A DNA stretch of 64,000 nt from an uncultured Alphaproteobacteria bacterium. GTDB taxonomy: Bacteria; Pseudomonadota; Alphaproteobacteria; Rhizobiales; Xanthobacteraceae. Each line of letters begins with the position of its first letter. The first letter of the stretch is position 1. This document shows, in pieces, positions 40,897 to 51,783 of this stretch. The position numbers were made by a program, and so were the translations under genes. The stretch lies in NCBI GenBank assembly GCA_963772235.1, contig CAVYWI010000026.1, positions 65,371 to 129,370 on the forward strand, written 5' to 3'. The notes beneath the pieces are model-generated. The model was not told the DNA's origin and made no database searches. It saw nothing but the letters and a program-made list of their open reading frames with translations.

Positions 40897-41748
40897 ATGG
40901 CAACCCGTCCCTCTGTCGTTCACACGATTGCCTCGCTCCGCCGCGCGCTTGCGCCCTTCCGGGACGCCGGCCAGCGGATCGCGCTGGTGCCGACCATGGG
41001 CGCGCTGCATGCCGGCCATCTGGCGCTGGTGCGCGAGGCGCGCCGGCGCGCCCGCCGCGTGGTGGTGTCGATCTTCGTCAATCCCACGCAATTCGCGCCG
41101 CATGAGGACTTCGGCAGTTATCCGCGCGGCTTTGCCGCCGATCTTGCGGCCCTGCGCGCGGCCAAGGCCGATCTGGTATGGGCGCCGTCGGCCGAGGTGA
41201 TGTACCCCGAAGGCTTCGCCACCCGGATCGAGCCGCAGGGCGCCGCCAAAGCCGGGCTGGAGGACAAGTTCCGCCCGCATTTCTTCGGCGGCGTCGCCAC
41301 CGTGGTAGTCAAGCTGTTTACGCAAACGGCGCCCGATATCGCCCTGTTCGGCGAGAAGGACTATCAGCAGATCTGCGTCGTCACCCAGATGGCGAAGGAT
41401 CTCGATCTGCCGCTCAAGGTGATCGGCGTGCCGACCGTGCGCGAAAAGGACGGCCTCGCGCTGTCCTCGCGCAACGCCTATTTGTCGCCGGCCGAACGCG
41501 CGGTTGCGCCGACGCTCTATCGCGCGCTCAAGGCGAGCGCGGCGCGCATCAAGCAAGGTGAGCCGATTGAAATGGTGCTGGAAGAAGGCCTGGCCGAGAT
41601 CACGCACGCCGGTTTTGCGGTCGATTATCTGGAAGCGCGCCACGCCACGACACTTGCGCCCATCGCATCGCGCAAGGAGGGACCGATCCGGCTGCTGGTC
41701 GCCGCCAAGATCGGCAAGACGCGGCTGATCGACAATTTGGGGGTCTAG
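40897..41748 (+). CDS. panC: Pantoate-beta-alanine ligase
   Basis: [42 protein letters not shown]. Confidence 0.97.
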   Translation: MATRPSVVHTIASLRRALAPFRDAGQRIALVPTMGALHAGHLALVREARRRARRVVVSIFVNPTQFAPHEDFGSYPRGFAADLAALRAAKADLVWAPSAEVMYPEGFATRIEPQGAAKAGLEDKFRPHFFGGVATVVVKLFTQTAPDIALFGEKDYQQICVVTQMAKDLDLPLKVIGVPTVREKDGLALSSRNAYLSPAERAVAPTLYRALKASAARIKQGEPIEMVLEEGLAEITHAGFAVDYLEARHATTLAPIASRKEGPIRLLVAAKIGKTRLIDNLGV

Positions 41749-42182
41749 AGCAGCCCTAATTCGCGCAGCTCGCGGCGCATCTGCTCGGGCATCTTGGCGG
41801 CGCCGGGGGCAGCGCGCGAAAGATCGCGCGGCGCATCCTTGGCCTCGAGATAACGCCAGCCCTGGAAGGCCGAGCGCGGGCGCGGCTCGACCAGGACCAC
41901 CTTGCCGTCGAGCACCACGCGGCAACGGCCGATGCCGTCTTTGTCGGTGAATGGGCGGATGGCGAGGATGCGCTCGCGGCAACTGATCTGGCCGCGGATC
42001 ACCCAATAGAGCGAGCCGCCGTCGATGAGCTCCTCGGCGCGCTTGGGCACCATGCGAGTGGTGTGGATGTGTTCGGCCTTTTGCCCGCGCTTTTTCTTCT
42101 CTTTGAGCTTCTGTTTGATCCAGTCCTCGAGATCGGCGACCGAGTTGCAGCCGACGCAGAGCTTGATCAGATGAAGCGGCAT
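41745..42182 (-). CDS. DUF1489 family protein
   Basis: [35 protein letters not shown]. Confidence 0.9.
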   Translation of the reverse strand: MPLHLIKLCVGCNSVADLEDWIKQKLKEKKKRGQKAEHIHTTRMVPKRAEELIDGGSLYWVIRGQISCRERILAIRPFTDKDGIGRCRVVLDGKVVLVEPRPRSAFQGWRYLEAKDAPRDLSRAAPGAAKMPEQMRRELRELGLL

Positions 42183-42385
42183 TCCAAAGTTCCATAACGC
42201 GACAGTGGTCCAAAACCTGCATAGCGTGGGCTAGCCGACATAGAAAGCGTCCGGACCGCGTTTTGCACGGCGGCGTGCCGGAATTTGCGGCCGCTGGCGT
42301 ATTTATTTCGGCAAAACCGGGAACAGCGGCCCGATCCTGTCATTGAGTAAGGAGCAGGGCAGCAACCAATTTTTAGGGGAAATTC

Positions 42386-43807
42386 ATGCGCTCCCGTGTC
42401 ATCCACCTCATCAATCCGAAAACCGATTCACTGACGACTCGCCCGCTCTATTTCAACCGCGCGCTCTACTCGCCGCTCGCCGGACTGCTCGCCGTCGCCG
42501 CAGTCATCCCGCGCGACCAGTACGAAGTTGTCCTCACCGACGAGAATATCGAGACCGTCGATTTCGACCTCGAATGCGACATGGTCGGCATCTCGGCGAT
42601 GACGAGCTACGTCAACCGCGGCTACGAGATCGCCGACCATTTCCGCGCCAAGGGCGTGCCCGTCGTCATGGGCGGCGTGCATCCGAGCTTCATGCCGCAG
42701 GAAGCGCTCAAGCACGCCGACGCCGTCGTGATCGGCGAGGTCGAACTGGTCATCGACAAATTGCTTGACGATCTCGAACAGGGGTCGCTGCGCGGCACCT
42801 ACAAGTCGGACAAATTGCATCCGATGGTCGGCGTGCCGATGCCGCGCTACGACCTGCTGAAGAAGCACCGCTACGTCAACAAGACCTTCGTGCAGACCTC
42901 GCGCGGCTGCCACCAGGGCTGCACCTTCTGCGCCGAGCCGCTGATGAATGGGCTCAAATTCCGCTACCGGCCGGTCGACGAGGTGATCAACGAGATGGAG
43001 AATTGCGGCGCGCGCACCATCTCGATCAACGACGCCGACTTTTTCGGCACGCCGGATCGTCCCAAGGAAGTGATGCGCGCGCTCAAAGGCCGCGGCATAA
43101 AGTGGCAGGCGGGCGTCACCTCAAAGCTAGCGCAGGACGACCGCATGCTCGAGCTCGCCGCCGAAAGCGGCTGCACGTTGCTCAGCATCGGCTTCGAGTC
43201 GATCTCGCGCGACACGCTCAAGAGCGTGCATAAGCACGTCAACCGGCCGGAAACCTTCGCCGCACTGGTGGAGAAAGTGCACTCCTACGGCATCATGGTG
43301 TTCGGTCTGTTTATGTTTGGCTTCGATGGCGACGACACCTCCGTGTTCGACGACACCGTCGCGTTCAATATCGCCGCCAAATATGACGCCTGCGCCTATT
43401 CGACGCTGACGCCCTATCCCGGCACGCTGACCTGGTACGAGATGAAGAAGGAGAACCGCATCGTGTCGTTCGACTGGACGATGTACGACCAGGGCCACGT
43501 GGTGTACCGGCCGGCGCAGATGTCGGGCGACCAATTGCGACTCGGACAAAGCCGCGCCTATGGAACTTTCTATTCCGTATCCTCGATCGCCAGCCGGTTC
43601 CCGCTGCGCGGCAGCCGGCATCGCGCGCAATGGCTGATCTATAACCTGTTCATGCGGCGCGGCTCGCAGACCGAAAACATCGAGTTGATCGCGGCGCCCA
43701 CAGCCGAGCCCGACGTCGCGCCGATGCCACCGATCCTGCCGATCAAGCGCGAATGGCGCGCGGCCGTGCTCGAAGCGGCCGGCGGGCCCGGGCCACATCT
43801 GAGCTGA
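42386..43807 (+). CDS. B12-binding domain radical SAM protein
   Basis: VVMGGVHPS, VVIGE, SRGCHQGCTFC (CxxxCxxC), IGFESI, TPYPGT. Confidence 0.9.
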   Translation: MRSRVIHLINPKTDSLTTRPLYFNRALYSPLAGLLAVAAVIPRDQYEVVLTDENIETVDFDLECDMVGISAMTSYVNRGYEIADHFRAKGVPVVMGGVHPSFMPQEALKHADAVVIGEVELVIDKLLDDLEQGSLRGTYKSDKLHPMVGVPMPRYDLLKKHRYVNKTFVQTSRGCHQGCTFCAEPLMNGLKFRYRPVDEVINEMENCGARTISINDADFFGTPDRPKEVMRALKGRGIKWQAGVTSKLAQDDRMLELAAESGCTLLSIGFESISRDTLKSVHKHVNRPETFAALVEKVHSYGIMVFGLFMFGFDGDDTSVFDDTVAFNIAAKYDACAYSTLTPYPGTLTWYEMKKENRIVSFDWTMYDQGHVVYRPAQMSGDQLRLGQSRAYGTFYSVSSIASRFPLRGSRHRAQWLIYNLFMRRGSQTENIELIAAPTAEPDVAPMPPILPIKREWRAAVLEAAGGPGPHLS

Positions 43808-43947
43808 AACGGTGGCGCCTGATTGCGCCACCTCACTGCCGCCTATGCGCCAGCAAGGCGATTCTGCTAACTTGCCTCGGCAACATTTTAGCTGGTGGAC
43901 CACCACCAACATGCGCGCCTAAACGGTCGATGCGAGTATAGACGACG

Positions 43948-45387
43948 GTGCTTTTTCAATTTTCCGAATTTGGCAGCATTGAGGATGTCGGGCTTGGATT
44001 GCGCTGGAGTCCGGCGGATTTTGCGTCCGAAGTGGCGAACCGCGCCACGGCCCTGACCGCGGCCAATATCAAGTTCGGCTCCTCGATTGTCATTGCTCAT
44101 TCCGGCAGCGCGCGGTTCTTTGCCGATCTGTTTGCGGTTTGGACTATCGGCTGCACGGCGGCCTGCATCGACGCGGCGTTGACGGAGAACGAGGTCGAGA
44201 ACCTGATCGGATTCGTCGAACCGTCGGCAGTCCTCGTCGACGAGGTGATATCAAGCGCACAAGTTGATGTGCCGGTTGTGCAACTCGCACACGCACCCTC
44301 CGCGACAACCCCAATTTCCTACTCCACCAGCGACCTCGACCGGCCGGCGCTTGTCCTGTTCACCTCGGGCACGACGGGCGAGCCAAAAGGCGTGGTCTTG
44401 AGCTTTCGCGCTTTGCTGAACCGCATCGCGCTCAACAGGACCGCGATGGGATCGGCCAGCCGAACGAGAGCTTTGGTCACCCTGCCGACATCGTTTGGCC
44501 ACGGCCTCATCGGCAACGCGTTGACGCCGCTTTTGTCCGGCGGCGACATTGTGCTGCATCCGCTCGGTCTGCCGCTCGCGCAAAATCTAGGCCGCATTGT
44601 CGATCGATATCGCATCGGCTTCTTGAGCTCGGTCCCTGCGTTCTGGCGCGTGGCGCTGAAATTCAGCAACGCTCCGGCCGAGGGCACCCTCGCCCGCGTC
44701 CATGTCGGATCGGCACCGCTGTCCGCGGACTTGTGGGCGAGAATTGCCGAATGGACGCGCGCCGACGTCGTCAATTGCTATGGCGTCACCGAACTTGCGA
44801 ATTGGGTGGCTGGGGCATCTTCGCGCACCAACGGAATCGCCGACGGCCTAGTCGGCAAGCCCTGGGGTGGCGAGGCCGCGGTCTCGGACGACACGGGCGC
44901 CGTTCGAGACGCGGGCGACGGAGAATTGCTCGTGCGGTCGCCAAGCGTGATGTCGGGATACCTGCGCCGCCCCGACCTGACCGCGACCGTCCTCGTCGAT
45001 GGCTGGTACCATACCGGAGATACCGCGCATATCGACGAACGTGGCCTGATCAGACTGACGGGCCGCATCAAAGACGAGATCAACCGGGCGGGGCTCAAGA
45101 TCCAGCCTGCCGAGATCGACGCGCTGTTGGAAAGCCACCCCGCGGTGGCGGAAGCGTGCGTGTTTGGCATGGCGGACGCGGTGAGCGGCGAAATCGTTGC
45201 CGCCGCCGTGCGCGCGGCGCGGGCTGAAAATGTCAGTGCCGAGGCCCTCGCACAGTGGTGCGCCACGCGGCTGCGCCGCGAGGCGATCCCGGAACGATGG
45301 TTCATGGTTGACAAGCTGCCGCGAAATGACCGAGGCAAGATCAATCGCGATGCCGTGCGACGGTCGCTGGTCGGAGATTCGCAATGA
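43948..45387 (+). CDS. Class I adenylate-forming (AMP-binding) acyl ligase
   Basis: FTSGTTGEPKGV, CYGVTE, WYHTGD, GRIKDEINRAG, LPRNDRGK. Confidence 0.9.
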   Translation: MLFQFSEFGSIEDVGLGLRWSPADFASEVANRATALTAANIKFGSSIVIAHSGSARFFADLFAVWTIGCTAACIDAALTENEVENLIGFVEPSAVLVDEVISSAQVDVPVVQLAHAPSATTPISYSTSDLDRPALVLFTSGTTGEPKGVVLSFRALLNRIALNRTAMGSASRTRALVTLPTSFGHGLIGNALTPLLSGGDIVLHPLGLPLAQNLGRIVDRYRIGFLSSVPAFWRVALKFSNAPAEGTLARVHVGSAPLSADLWARIAEWTRADVVNCYGVTELANWVAGASSRTNGIADGLVGKPWGGEAAVSDDTGAVRDAGDGELLVRSPSVMSGYLRRPDLTATVLVDGWYHTGDTAHIDERGLIRLTGRIKDEINRAGLKIQPAEIDALLESHPAVAEACVFGMADAVSGEIVAAAVRAARAENVSAEALAQWCATRLRREAIPERWFMVDKLPRNDRGKINRDAVRRSLVGDSQ

Positions 45388-45965
45388 GCATGCCGCCGAA
45401 GGGCCGCCCGGTTTTTCTCGAGACAAAGCGATTTGCCTTGCGCAGTCTGAAACCGTCCGACGCTTCGGAACGGTGGATGAACTGGCTCAAGGACCCCGAG
45501 GTGATGGGCCCGCTCAATGCGCCGATCCGGAAATGGACCGCGCAGGAATTGATGGCACATATCGCCAGCGCGGATAACAACGGGCGCTACCTGATCGGAA
45601 TATTCGACCTGGCCAGCAAAGTGCAGATCGGTTTTTTCATGGTCGACGTCGACCTTTTTCATCGGCGGGCGACGTTCAATGTCGTCATTGGCGAGAAATC
45701 CTGGTGGGGCAAAGGCGCGGTCAACGAGGTTCGGGCCGCCCTGCTGGACGAGTTTTTCAATCACCGGGGAATTGAAAAGGCCGCCGGCATGCCATTCGCC
45801 CGCAATTTTCCTGCTGTGTTCAACTACAAGGCCCAGGGCTGGCGGCATGAAGGGACCTTGCGCAGCCATGCTCTCTCGGTCGCGGGTGACTCGCGCCTCG
45901 ATCAATTTCAGTTCGGCCTCACCAAAGACGAATGGCATGACTTGCATGCCGGGCATGCCCCATGA
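45384..45965 (+). CDS. RimJ/RimL-type GNAT N-acetyltransferase
   Basis: LETKRFALRSL, VIGEKSWWGKG, N.PA…YKAQGWRHEG; ATGA overlap with the ligase. Confidence 0.85.
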   Translation: MSMPPKGRPVFLETKRFALRSLKPSDASERWMNWLKDPEVMGPLNAPIRKWTAQELMAHIASADNNGRYLIGIFDLASKVQIGFFMVDVDLFHRRATFNVVIGEKSWWGKGAVNEVRAALLDEFFNHRGIEKAAGMPFARNFPAVFNYKAQGWRHEGTLRSHALSVAGDSRLDQFQFGLTKDEWHDLHAGHAP

Positions 45966-46190
45966 GCGCGCAAGCAAAAGAGCTATTGGCCGAGGCCGCC
46001 AATTGCGACGCGGCGGCGATTCCCGACGACGTCCGCATCGGACGGTTCGAACGCTGGGACAGCCTCGCGCATTTGCGCCTGGTGCTGGCGATCGAAGGGC
46101 GGATCGGGCGCCAACTCGACCCGGATGAGTCCGTTCGCATCGAGACTCTTGACCGACATCGCCGCCCTCCTCGCGCCTGCGGCGCGATAG
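45962..46190 (+). CDS. Acyl carrier protein (one frameshift near the 3' end)
   Basis: WDSLAHLRLVLAIE phosphopantetheine site; corrected end DIAALLAPAAR*. Confidence 0.85.
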
Positions 46191-46261
46191 CGGCTGCACC
46201 AAAAACAAAAGCGCCGCTCTCTGCGGCGCCTCGCTTTCTTTCAAAGCCTCAGTTCGTCGGT

Positions 46262-47041
46262 TCAGGGAGCAAACTTGTAGTTGATGGCGAACCTGACGAC
46301 GTTCAGATTGTGATTAAAACTGAACAGCGGAGGAAAGGGCGCCGCTGGAACAGGGAAGCTCACAGCGCCGGGCGTGGTATCCTTGAATTTTGCGTAGAGA
46401 TATTCGACCCGCGCTGTCCAGTTCGGTGCGAACATCGTTTCAAGACCGCCGCCGATGGTGCCGCCGGTGAGCGTGCTCGTCCCAGCCCAACTCACCGTCA
46501 CTCCCCCGGGACCAGAACCGTAGCAACCGTTTGACGGCGCCGTACAGGTTACGGAGTTTTTCACGTGGGTGACGGCAAGGCCGCCGGTCACATAGAGCAG
46601 CCAATTTGGCGCGACCGTGAATCCGCCCCGCACGCGAGCGGTGAATAGCCAATCGTAGCGGCTCGACCAAGTCGTGACGTTGGGCTTATTCATGAAAAAC
46701 GGACTGACTGTCGCGTCCGCCTTGGCATCCAGCCCGCTAAAGTCGACCTCGCCACCGAAGACCCACTGGCCCGTTTGCCAATTATAGCCAGCTTGGCCGC
46801 CACCGATGAACCCGCGCGGATTCAGGCTCGGAACGGGACCGGTAGCCGCAGGAAGAGAGAACGGCGCCCCGGCCACCGACCCGATCATCGTCGGATTCGC
46901 ATTGCCCCACGCATAGCCGGCGTTGGCGCCGACATAAAAGCCTGTCCACGTCATCGGGGTCGGCGAAGCCGCATGCCCCGGCATGGCGCCGACACAACTC
47001 AACGCGACCACCGAAACGGATGCCAAAAGGGTCTTATGCAT
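46262..47041 (-). CDS. Omp25/RopB-type outer membrane beta-barrel protein
   Basis: Signal peptide, WTGFYVGANAGY, GGQAGYNWQ, WTARVEYLY, terminal NYKF. Confidence 0.88.
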   Translation of the reverse strand: MHKTLLASVSVVALSCVGAMPGHAASPTPMTWTGFYVGANAGYAWGNANPTMIGSVAGAPFSLPAATGPVPSLNPRGFIGGGQAGYNWQTGQWVFGGEVDFSGLDAKADATVSPFFMNKPNVTTWSSRYDWLFTARVRGGFTVAPNWLLYVTGGLAVTHVKNSVTCTAPSNGCYGSGPGGVTVSWAGTSTLTGGTIGGGLETMFAPNWTARVEYLYAKFKDTTPGAVSFPVPAAPFPPLFSFNHNLNVVRFAINYKFAP

Positions 47042-47233
47042 CCTCACTCCCCAAATGTATGATTTCTTACGTGTGACAATATTTTCAAGTATCGCAGGTT
47101 GCGCAGGCCCCATTAGTGCAGTTCTGCAACACTAACAGCAAAATTAGGGGGATCGCTCACTGAGCTTAAGCAGAAAACACCTTTATTTACAATAGCTTCA
47201 TAATTCAAATGGCGATCAAGACCGCGGCGCGCT

Positions 47234-49217
47234 TTATGAGCGCCCCAACTCGTCCGGCGCCGCACTGGCGACCGGCGCGATCAGCATCACCTTGGCACCC
47301 TCTACCACCTGCGCGTCCTGCGTGACCGCGATTTCGGCAATCGTGCCGTCCATCGGCGCATGCAGGGTGTGCTCCATCTTCATCGCCTCGATGATAGCGA
47401 GGCGTTGGCCGCGGGTGACGCGCTCGCCCTGCTCCACCAAGATGCCGAGCACCTTGCCATGCATGGGCGCGCGCACGAGCCCGCCGGCGCTCTCATCGCC
47501 AGCCTCGTCGAGCGAAAGATCGCGCAAGCTCACCTTGGTCTGGCGGCCGTGACGCAGCACGTAGACGGCATTGCCGGCCGTGAACGCCTCCGCATCGGCC
47601 GCCGGTGCTATGCCATCGATGGTGACTTCCGGGCCGCGCGGCCCATAAACGACCTGCGCCACCGCGCCCCCGCCCTCGGCCAGGATCGGCAGAACCAGGC
47701 GGCGGGCGCCCGACAATTGAAAGGCGTCGCCGCCGTCCCACGGCGACGGCGGTTCGTCCGGCTCGCGCACGGCGTCGATGCGCGTGCGTTCACGCTCGAC
47801 CAGAGTCTGCGCGCCGAGCGCAGCGGCGGCACGGTCGAGGCCTTGCGGGACGGCGCCGAGCGCGGCGAGATGACGGTCGATGAAGCCGGTGTCGAAGTTG
47901 CCCTTGACGGAATTCCTCGGCGCGGCACAGCGCGGCGAGGAAGCCGGCATTGCTGCGCGGGCCGACGACCATGGTCTGGTCGAGCGCCCCCGCCAGCCGG
48001 TCGAGCGCTTCGTTGCGGCTTTTGCCGTGTGCGATCAGCTTGGCGATCATCGGATCGTAGAACGGCGTGACCTCGGAACCCGCTTCGACGCCGGTGTCGA
48101 TGCGCAAGCCTTCGCTTTGCGGGAATTGCAACGCGATCAGCTTGCCGGTCGATGGCAGGAAGCCGCGCTCGGGGTCTTCGGCATAAAGCCGCGCCTCGAC
48201 CGCATGGCCCTTGAGTGGAACCTGCGCCTGACCGAGCGGCAGCTTTTCGCCGGCGGCGATGCGGAATTGCCATTCCACCAGATCGAGGCCGGTGACAGCT
48301 TCGGTCACCGGATGCTCGACCTGGAGACGCGTGTTCATCTCCATGAACCAGAAGCCGCCGGCTTTCAGTCCGCCGGCGCCGTCGACGATGAACTCGACCG
48401 TACCGGCGCCCTCATAACCGGCCGCCTTGGCGGCGGCGACGGCGGCTTCGCCCATGCGCGCGCGCAACGCGACGCTCATGCCCGGCGCGGGCGCCTCCTC
48501 GATCACTTTCTGATGGCGGCGCTGCAGCGAACAGTCGCGCTCGTTGAGATGGATGGCGTTGCCGTGACGGTCGGCGAAAACCTGCATCTCGATATGGCGC
48601 GGCGCGGTGACGTATTTCTCGATCAGCACGCGCTCGTCGCCGAAGGCGGATTTCGCCTCACGCATGGCGGCGGCGAGCGCCGCCTCGAAGTCGGCATGGC
48701 GGTCGACGCGGCGCATGCCTTTGCCGCCGCCGCCGGCCACCGCCTTGATCAGCACCGGATAGCCAATCTCGTAGGCTTTCTCTTTGAGGAATTTCGGCTC
48801 CTGCCTATCGCCGTGATAGCCGGGCACCACCGGCACGCCGGCTTTTTCCATCAGCGCTTTGGCGCTGCTCTTGAGGCCCATGGCGCGCATCGCCGCCGGT
48901 GGTGGCCCGACGAAAGCAATGCCGGCATCGATGCAGGCTTGCGCGAAGTCGGCATTCTCCGACAGGAAGCCGTAGCCGGGATGGACGCAATCGGCGCGCG
49001 CGGCTTTGGCCGCATCGATCAGGCGATCGATGCGCAGATAACTGTCGGCGGCCGCAGGCGGGCCGATGCGGTGCGCCTCGTCGCATAGCCGCACATGCAG
49101 TGCGTTTGCGTCGGCGTCGGAATAGACCGCGATGGTGCGCAGGCCCAATCGCTTGGCGGTGCGGGCGATGCGGCAGGCGATCTCGCCGCGATTGGCGATC
49201 AGGACGGATTTGAACAT
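47234..49217 (-). CDS. Biotin-dependent acyl-CoA (probably methylcrotonyl-CoA) carboxylase alpha subunit, frameshift near 47910
   Basis: LIANRGEIA, HPGYGFLSEN, GGGGKGMR, MNTRLQVEHPVTE, EAMKME biotin site. Confidence 0.93.
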
Positions 49218-49251
49218 GGATGGGCCCGGCGTCAGTAGCCTAATTTACATG

Positions 49252-49300
49252 GCGCATGATCTTATCCGAAAACCGGTTCCAACTTTTCGGGATCATGCGC
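49252..49300. repeat. 49-bp palindromic interspersed repeat, copy 2
   Basis: GCGCATGATCTTATCCGAAAACCGGTTCCAACTTTTCGGGATCATGCGC; reverse complement of 24346-24394 with one mismatch. Confidence 0.85.
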
Positions 49301-49301
49301 G

Positions 49302-50258
49302 CTAGCGTGCCGCCGGTGGCGCCGTTTGTGCCTGCGGCCGTTTCGGCGGCACGCGCACGTTGACGTCAGCGGGGGGCGGCTGTTTGACCTCGGCGGGGGG
49401 CGGCTGCGGCGGCTGCGGCGGCTGCGCGGCCTGCGCATCGGCCGCCGCCGGCGGCAATTTTGGCTCGGCATTCATGATGCTCACCGGCGGGATCGAGGCC
49501 GCCGAGGGGAAATCGTATTTCTCGGGCACGGGCCCTTTGGCCGGCGCGGCCTGTTCATTGACACTGGCGACCGGCACCGCCGGCGCCTCCTTGACGGCGA
49601 CCGGCGCCGACTTGTTCCAGTCCGCCGCGTAGCGCGACACGTATTGGTCGAACACCTGCGCCTTGAGATTGGCCTTGATTACATCGGCGTCCTGCAATAG
49701 TGCAAAGGCGGCGCATTGTTCGGCGGTGCATCCGTCGCGCACCGCCAGCACGTGAGCGGCAAGGCCGAAGCGGTCGAGTTCGATTGAGCGGCGTAGGCCG
49801 GCGAGCGACGCGGCAAAATCCGGATCGCTCTTTTGGGCGAAGGCGAGCCCATCGGCGAGCAGTGTCAGCCGCGCCGCCATATAGGCGACCGCGCCGGCGG
49901 TCGTCTGCGGGCCAGAGAACACCGTCTTCTCGCAGGCATTCTCCACCGCCTCGCCGGCGGCGCCATCGAGGCAGGCAAGCGTCGAGCCGGGCGCCAGCGC
50001 CTGGACGGAAAGTTCGGCATAACGCTGCATCAGCGCACGCCGATCGGCTGCACGTTCGACCTGCGCCATGCTGTTGAGGATGACAGAAACCCCGGCGCCG
50101 ACGATTGCCAGCACGACGATTGCCAGCAGGAGCCGGCGCACCACGCCGGCCCGCATGACGGCGAGAACCACGAGCACAACCAGCAACGCCGCCAGCGCGC
50201 CCAGCACCGGCGGGTTCGACAATAGTTCCTTCAACGCGGCGCCATCGATGGTCGGCAT
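49302..50258 (-). CDS. Membrane-anchored hypothetical protein with Pro-rich tail
   Basis: Two TMs, Cys-containing periplasmic part, FPSAASIPPVSIMNAEP. Confidence 0.75.
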   Translation of the reverse strand: MPTIDGAALKELLSNPPVLGALAALLVVLVVLAVMRAGVVRRLLLAIVVLAIVGAGVSVILNSMAQVERAADRRALMQRYAELSVQALAPGSTLACLDGAAGEAVENACEKTVFSGPQTTAGAVAYMAARLTLLADGLAFAQKSDPDFAASLAGLRRSIELDRFGLAAHVLAVRDGCTAEQCAAFALLQDADVIKANLKAQVFDQYVSRYAADWNKSAPVAVKEAPAVPVASVNEQAAPAKGPVPEKYDFPSAASIPPVSIMNAEPKLPPAAADAQAAQPPQPPQPPPAEVKQPPPADVNVRVPPKRPQAQTAPPAAR

Positions 50259-50276
50259 AGGCCTCCGGCGGCCGGG

Positions 50277-51242
50277 CTACTTACCGATTTGAGCCCCCGA
50301 CACCTTTACCACATGGGCCCACTTTTCGATGTCCTGGTGCAAGAAGGCCTCGAATTCCGCCGGTGTCTTCACCATCGGAATGGCGCCCTGCTTGAGCCAG
50401 GCGGCCTTCACGTCGGGCAGTTGGATCACCTTGTTGATCGCGGTGTTGAGGAAGGTGACAACTTCCTTGGGCGTGCCCTTGGGCGCCATCAACCCGATCC
50501 AGATGGTCGCTTCATAACCGGGAACCGTTTCGCTGACGGTCGGCAGGTCGGGCGTGAGCGGGTTGCGCTTCACTCCCGTGGTGGCGAGCGCGCGCACCTT
50601 GCCGGCCTTGGCCAGCTCCGACATCACGGTGATGGCGTCAAACATCATCTGCACGTTGCCCGACAGCACGCTGTTGCGCATGTCGCCTGAGGCCTTGTGC
50701 GGCACATGCACGATGTCGGTATGGCTCATGGCTTTGAACAGCTCGCCGGCCATGTGATAGGGCGTGCCGGGGCCGGACGAGGCGTAATTGAGCTTGCCCG
50801 GGTCTTTCTTGGCCAGCGCGATGAATTCCGCCACCGTCTTGGCCGGCACCGAGGGGTGCACCACCATCAGCAGGTCGGAATAATTGATGGTCGCCACCGG
50901 CACGAAGTCGCGCATCAACGCGTAGGGCTTTTTCGGAATCAGCGATTCGTTGGTGGTGTGGGTGTTCGACATCACCAGCAGCGTGTACCCGTCGGGGGCC
51001 GACTTCGCGACCGCATCGGTGCCGATCAGCGAGCCGGCGCCCGGGCGATCCTCGACCACGAAGGATTGTTTGGTTTCCTCGGACAGGTATTTGGCGAGGA
51101 TGCGGGCATAGACGTCGGCCGGCCCGCCGGCGCCGAACGGCACGATGAGGCGGACGGTGCGGCTCGGATAAGTTTCCGCCGATGCCGGCAAGGCCAGCAT
51201 CACCGGCAATAGCAAGGCGATCAACCGCAAAACGGTGCGCAT
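50277..51242 (-). CDS. Tripartite tricarboxylate transporter substrate-binding protein (Bug/TctC)
   Basis: YPSRTVRLIVPFGAGG, RPGAG, PDGYTLL, YASSGPG, PKGTP. Confidence 0.93.
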   Translation of the reverse strand: MRTVLRLIALLLPVMLALPASAETYPSRTVRLIVPFGAGGPADVYARILAKYLSEETKQSFVVEDRPGAGSLIGTDAVAKSAPDGYTLLVMSNTHTTNESLIPKKPYALMRDFVPVATINYSDLLMVVHPSVPAKTVAEFIALAKKDPGKLNYASSGPGTPYHMAGELFKAMSHTDIVHVPHKASGDMRNSVLSGNVQMMFDAITVMSELAKAGKVRALATTGVKRNPLTPDLPTVSETVPGYEATIWIGLMAPKGTPKEVVTFLNTAINKVIQLPDVKAAWLKQGAIPMVKTPAEFEAFLHQDIEKWAHVVKVSGAQIGK

Positions 51243-51312
51243 TCAATTTCCCCCTTCGGGTTCCAGGCTGATGTTACGGCGAGATCGAGAGGAAAGCTCG
51301 GCGGTCCGTGCG

Positions 51313-51783
51313 CTAGACGCGGTCGAGCTGGCTTTCCTTGGCGACGCGCTCGAACGCCTCGCCGGAACTCTTGATGCGATACTGGTAATCGTCGCCTTCC
51401 GACGGCAACAGCTTGACCACCGTGTAGCTGCCGCTGGCGGCGGCACGGCCAAACGTCGGCGAAGTGAAGTAAACCGTCTCGCCGACCTGATACTTGTGCG
51501 CCATGATCCTGATGTCATGCGCGGCCGCCGGCTGCATCGGCGGGCTCAGCGTGCGGATTATCGTGTTCGCCGGCTTGCGCGCGGACTTGGAAGCGGACTT
51601 GGGCGCAATACTGGGCGCGCGGATCGCTGTGGCGGCGCCGGGCCGCGCGGCTTTGCCGACCGGGCGGCGGGCCGATTTCGCCGCTTTTTTGATCTCGGTG
51701 CGGGCGCTCTTGGCGCTTTTCTTGTCGGGGCGCCGCGCGGTTTTGGACGACCGACCAGCGGTTTTCGTCGAATGGCTGCTCAT
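51313..51783 (-). CDS. Hypothetical protein: Lys/Ala/Arg-rich N-terminus plus small conserved beta domain (alternative start 51504)
   Basis: C-terminal MAHKYQVGETVYF…YTVVKLLP…YQYRIKSSGEAFERVAKESQL; upstream frame open and basic. Confidence 0.7.
   Translation of the reverse strand: MSSHSTKTAGRSSKTARRPDKKSAKSARTEIKKAAKSARRPVGKAARPGAATAIRAPSIAPKSASKSARKPANTIIRTLSPPMQPAAAHDIRIMAHKYQVGETVYFTSPTFGRAAASGSYTVVKLLPSEGDDYQYRIKSSGEAFERVAKESQLDRV

Noticed and set aside
42188-42215. AAGTTCCATAA resembling a XerD arm of an alphaproteobacterial dif site
   Set aside because: No plausible XerC arm at the 6-bp spacing
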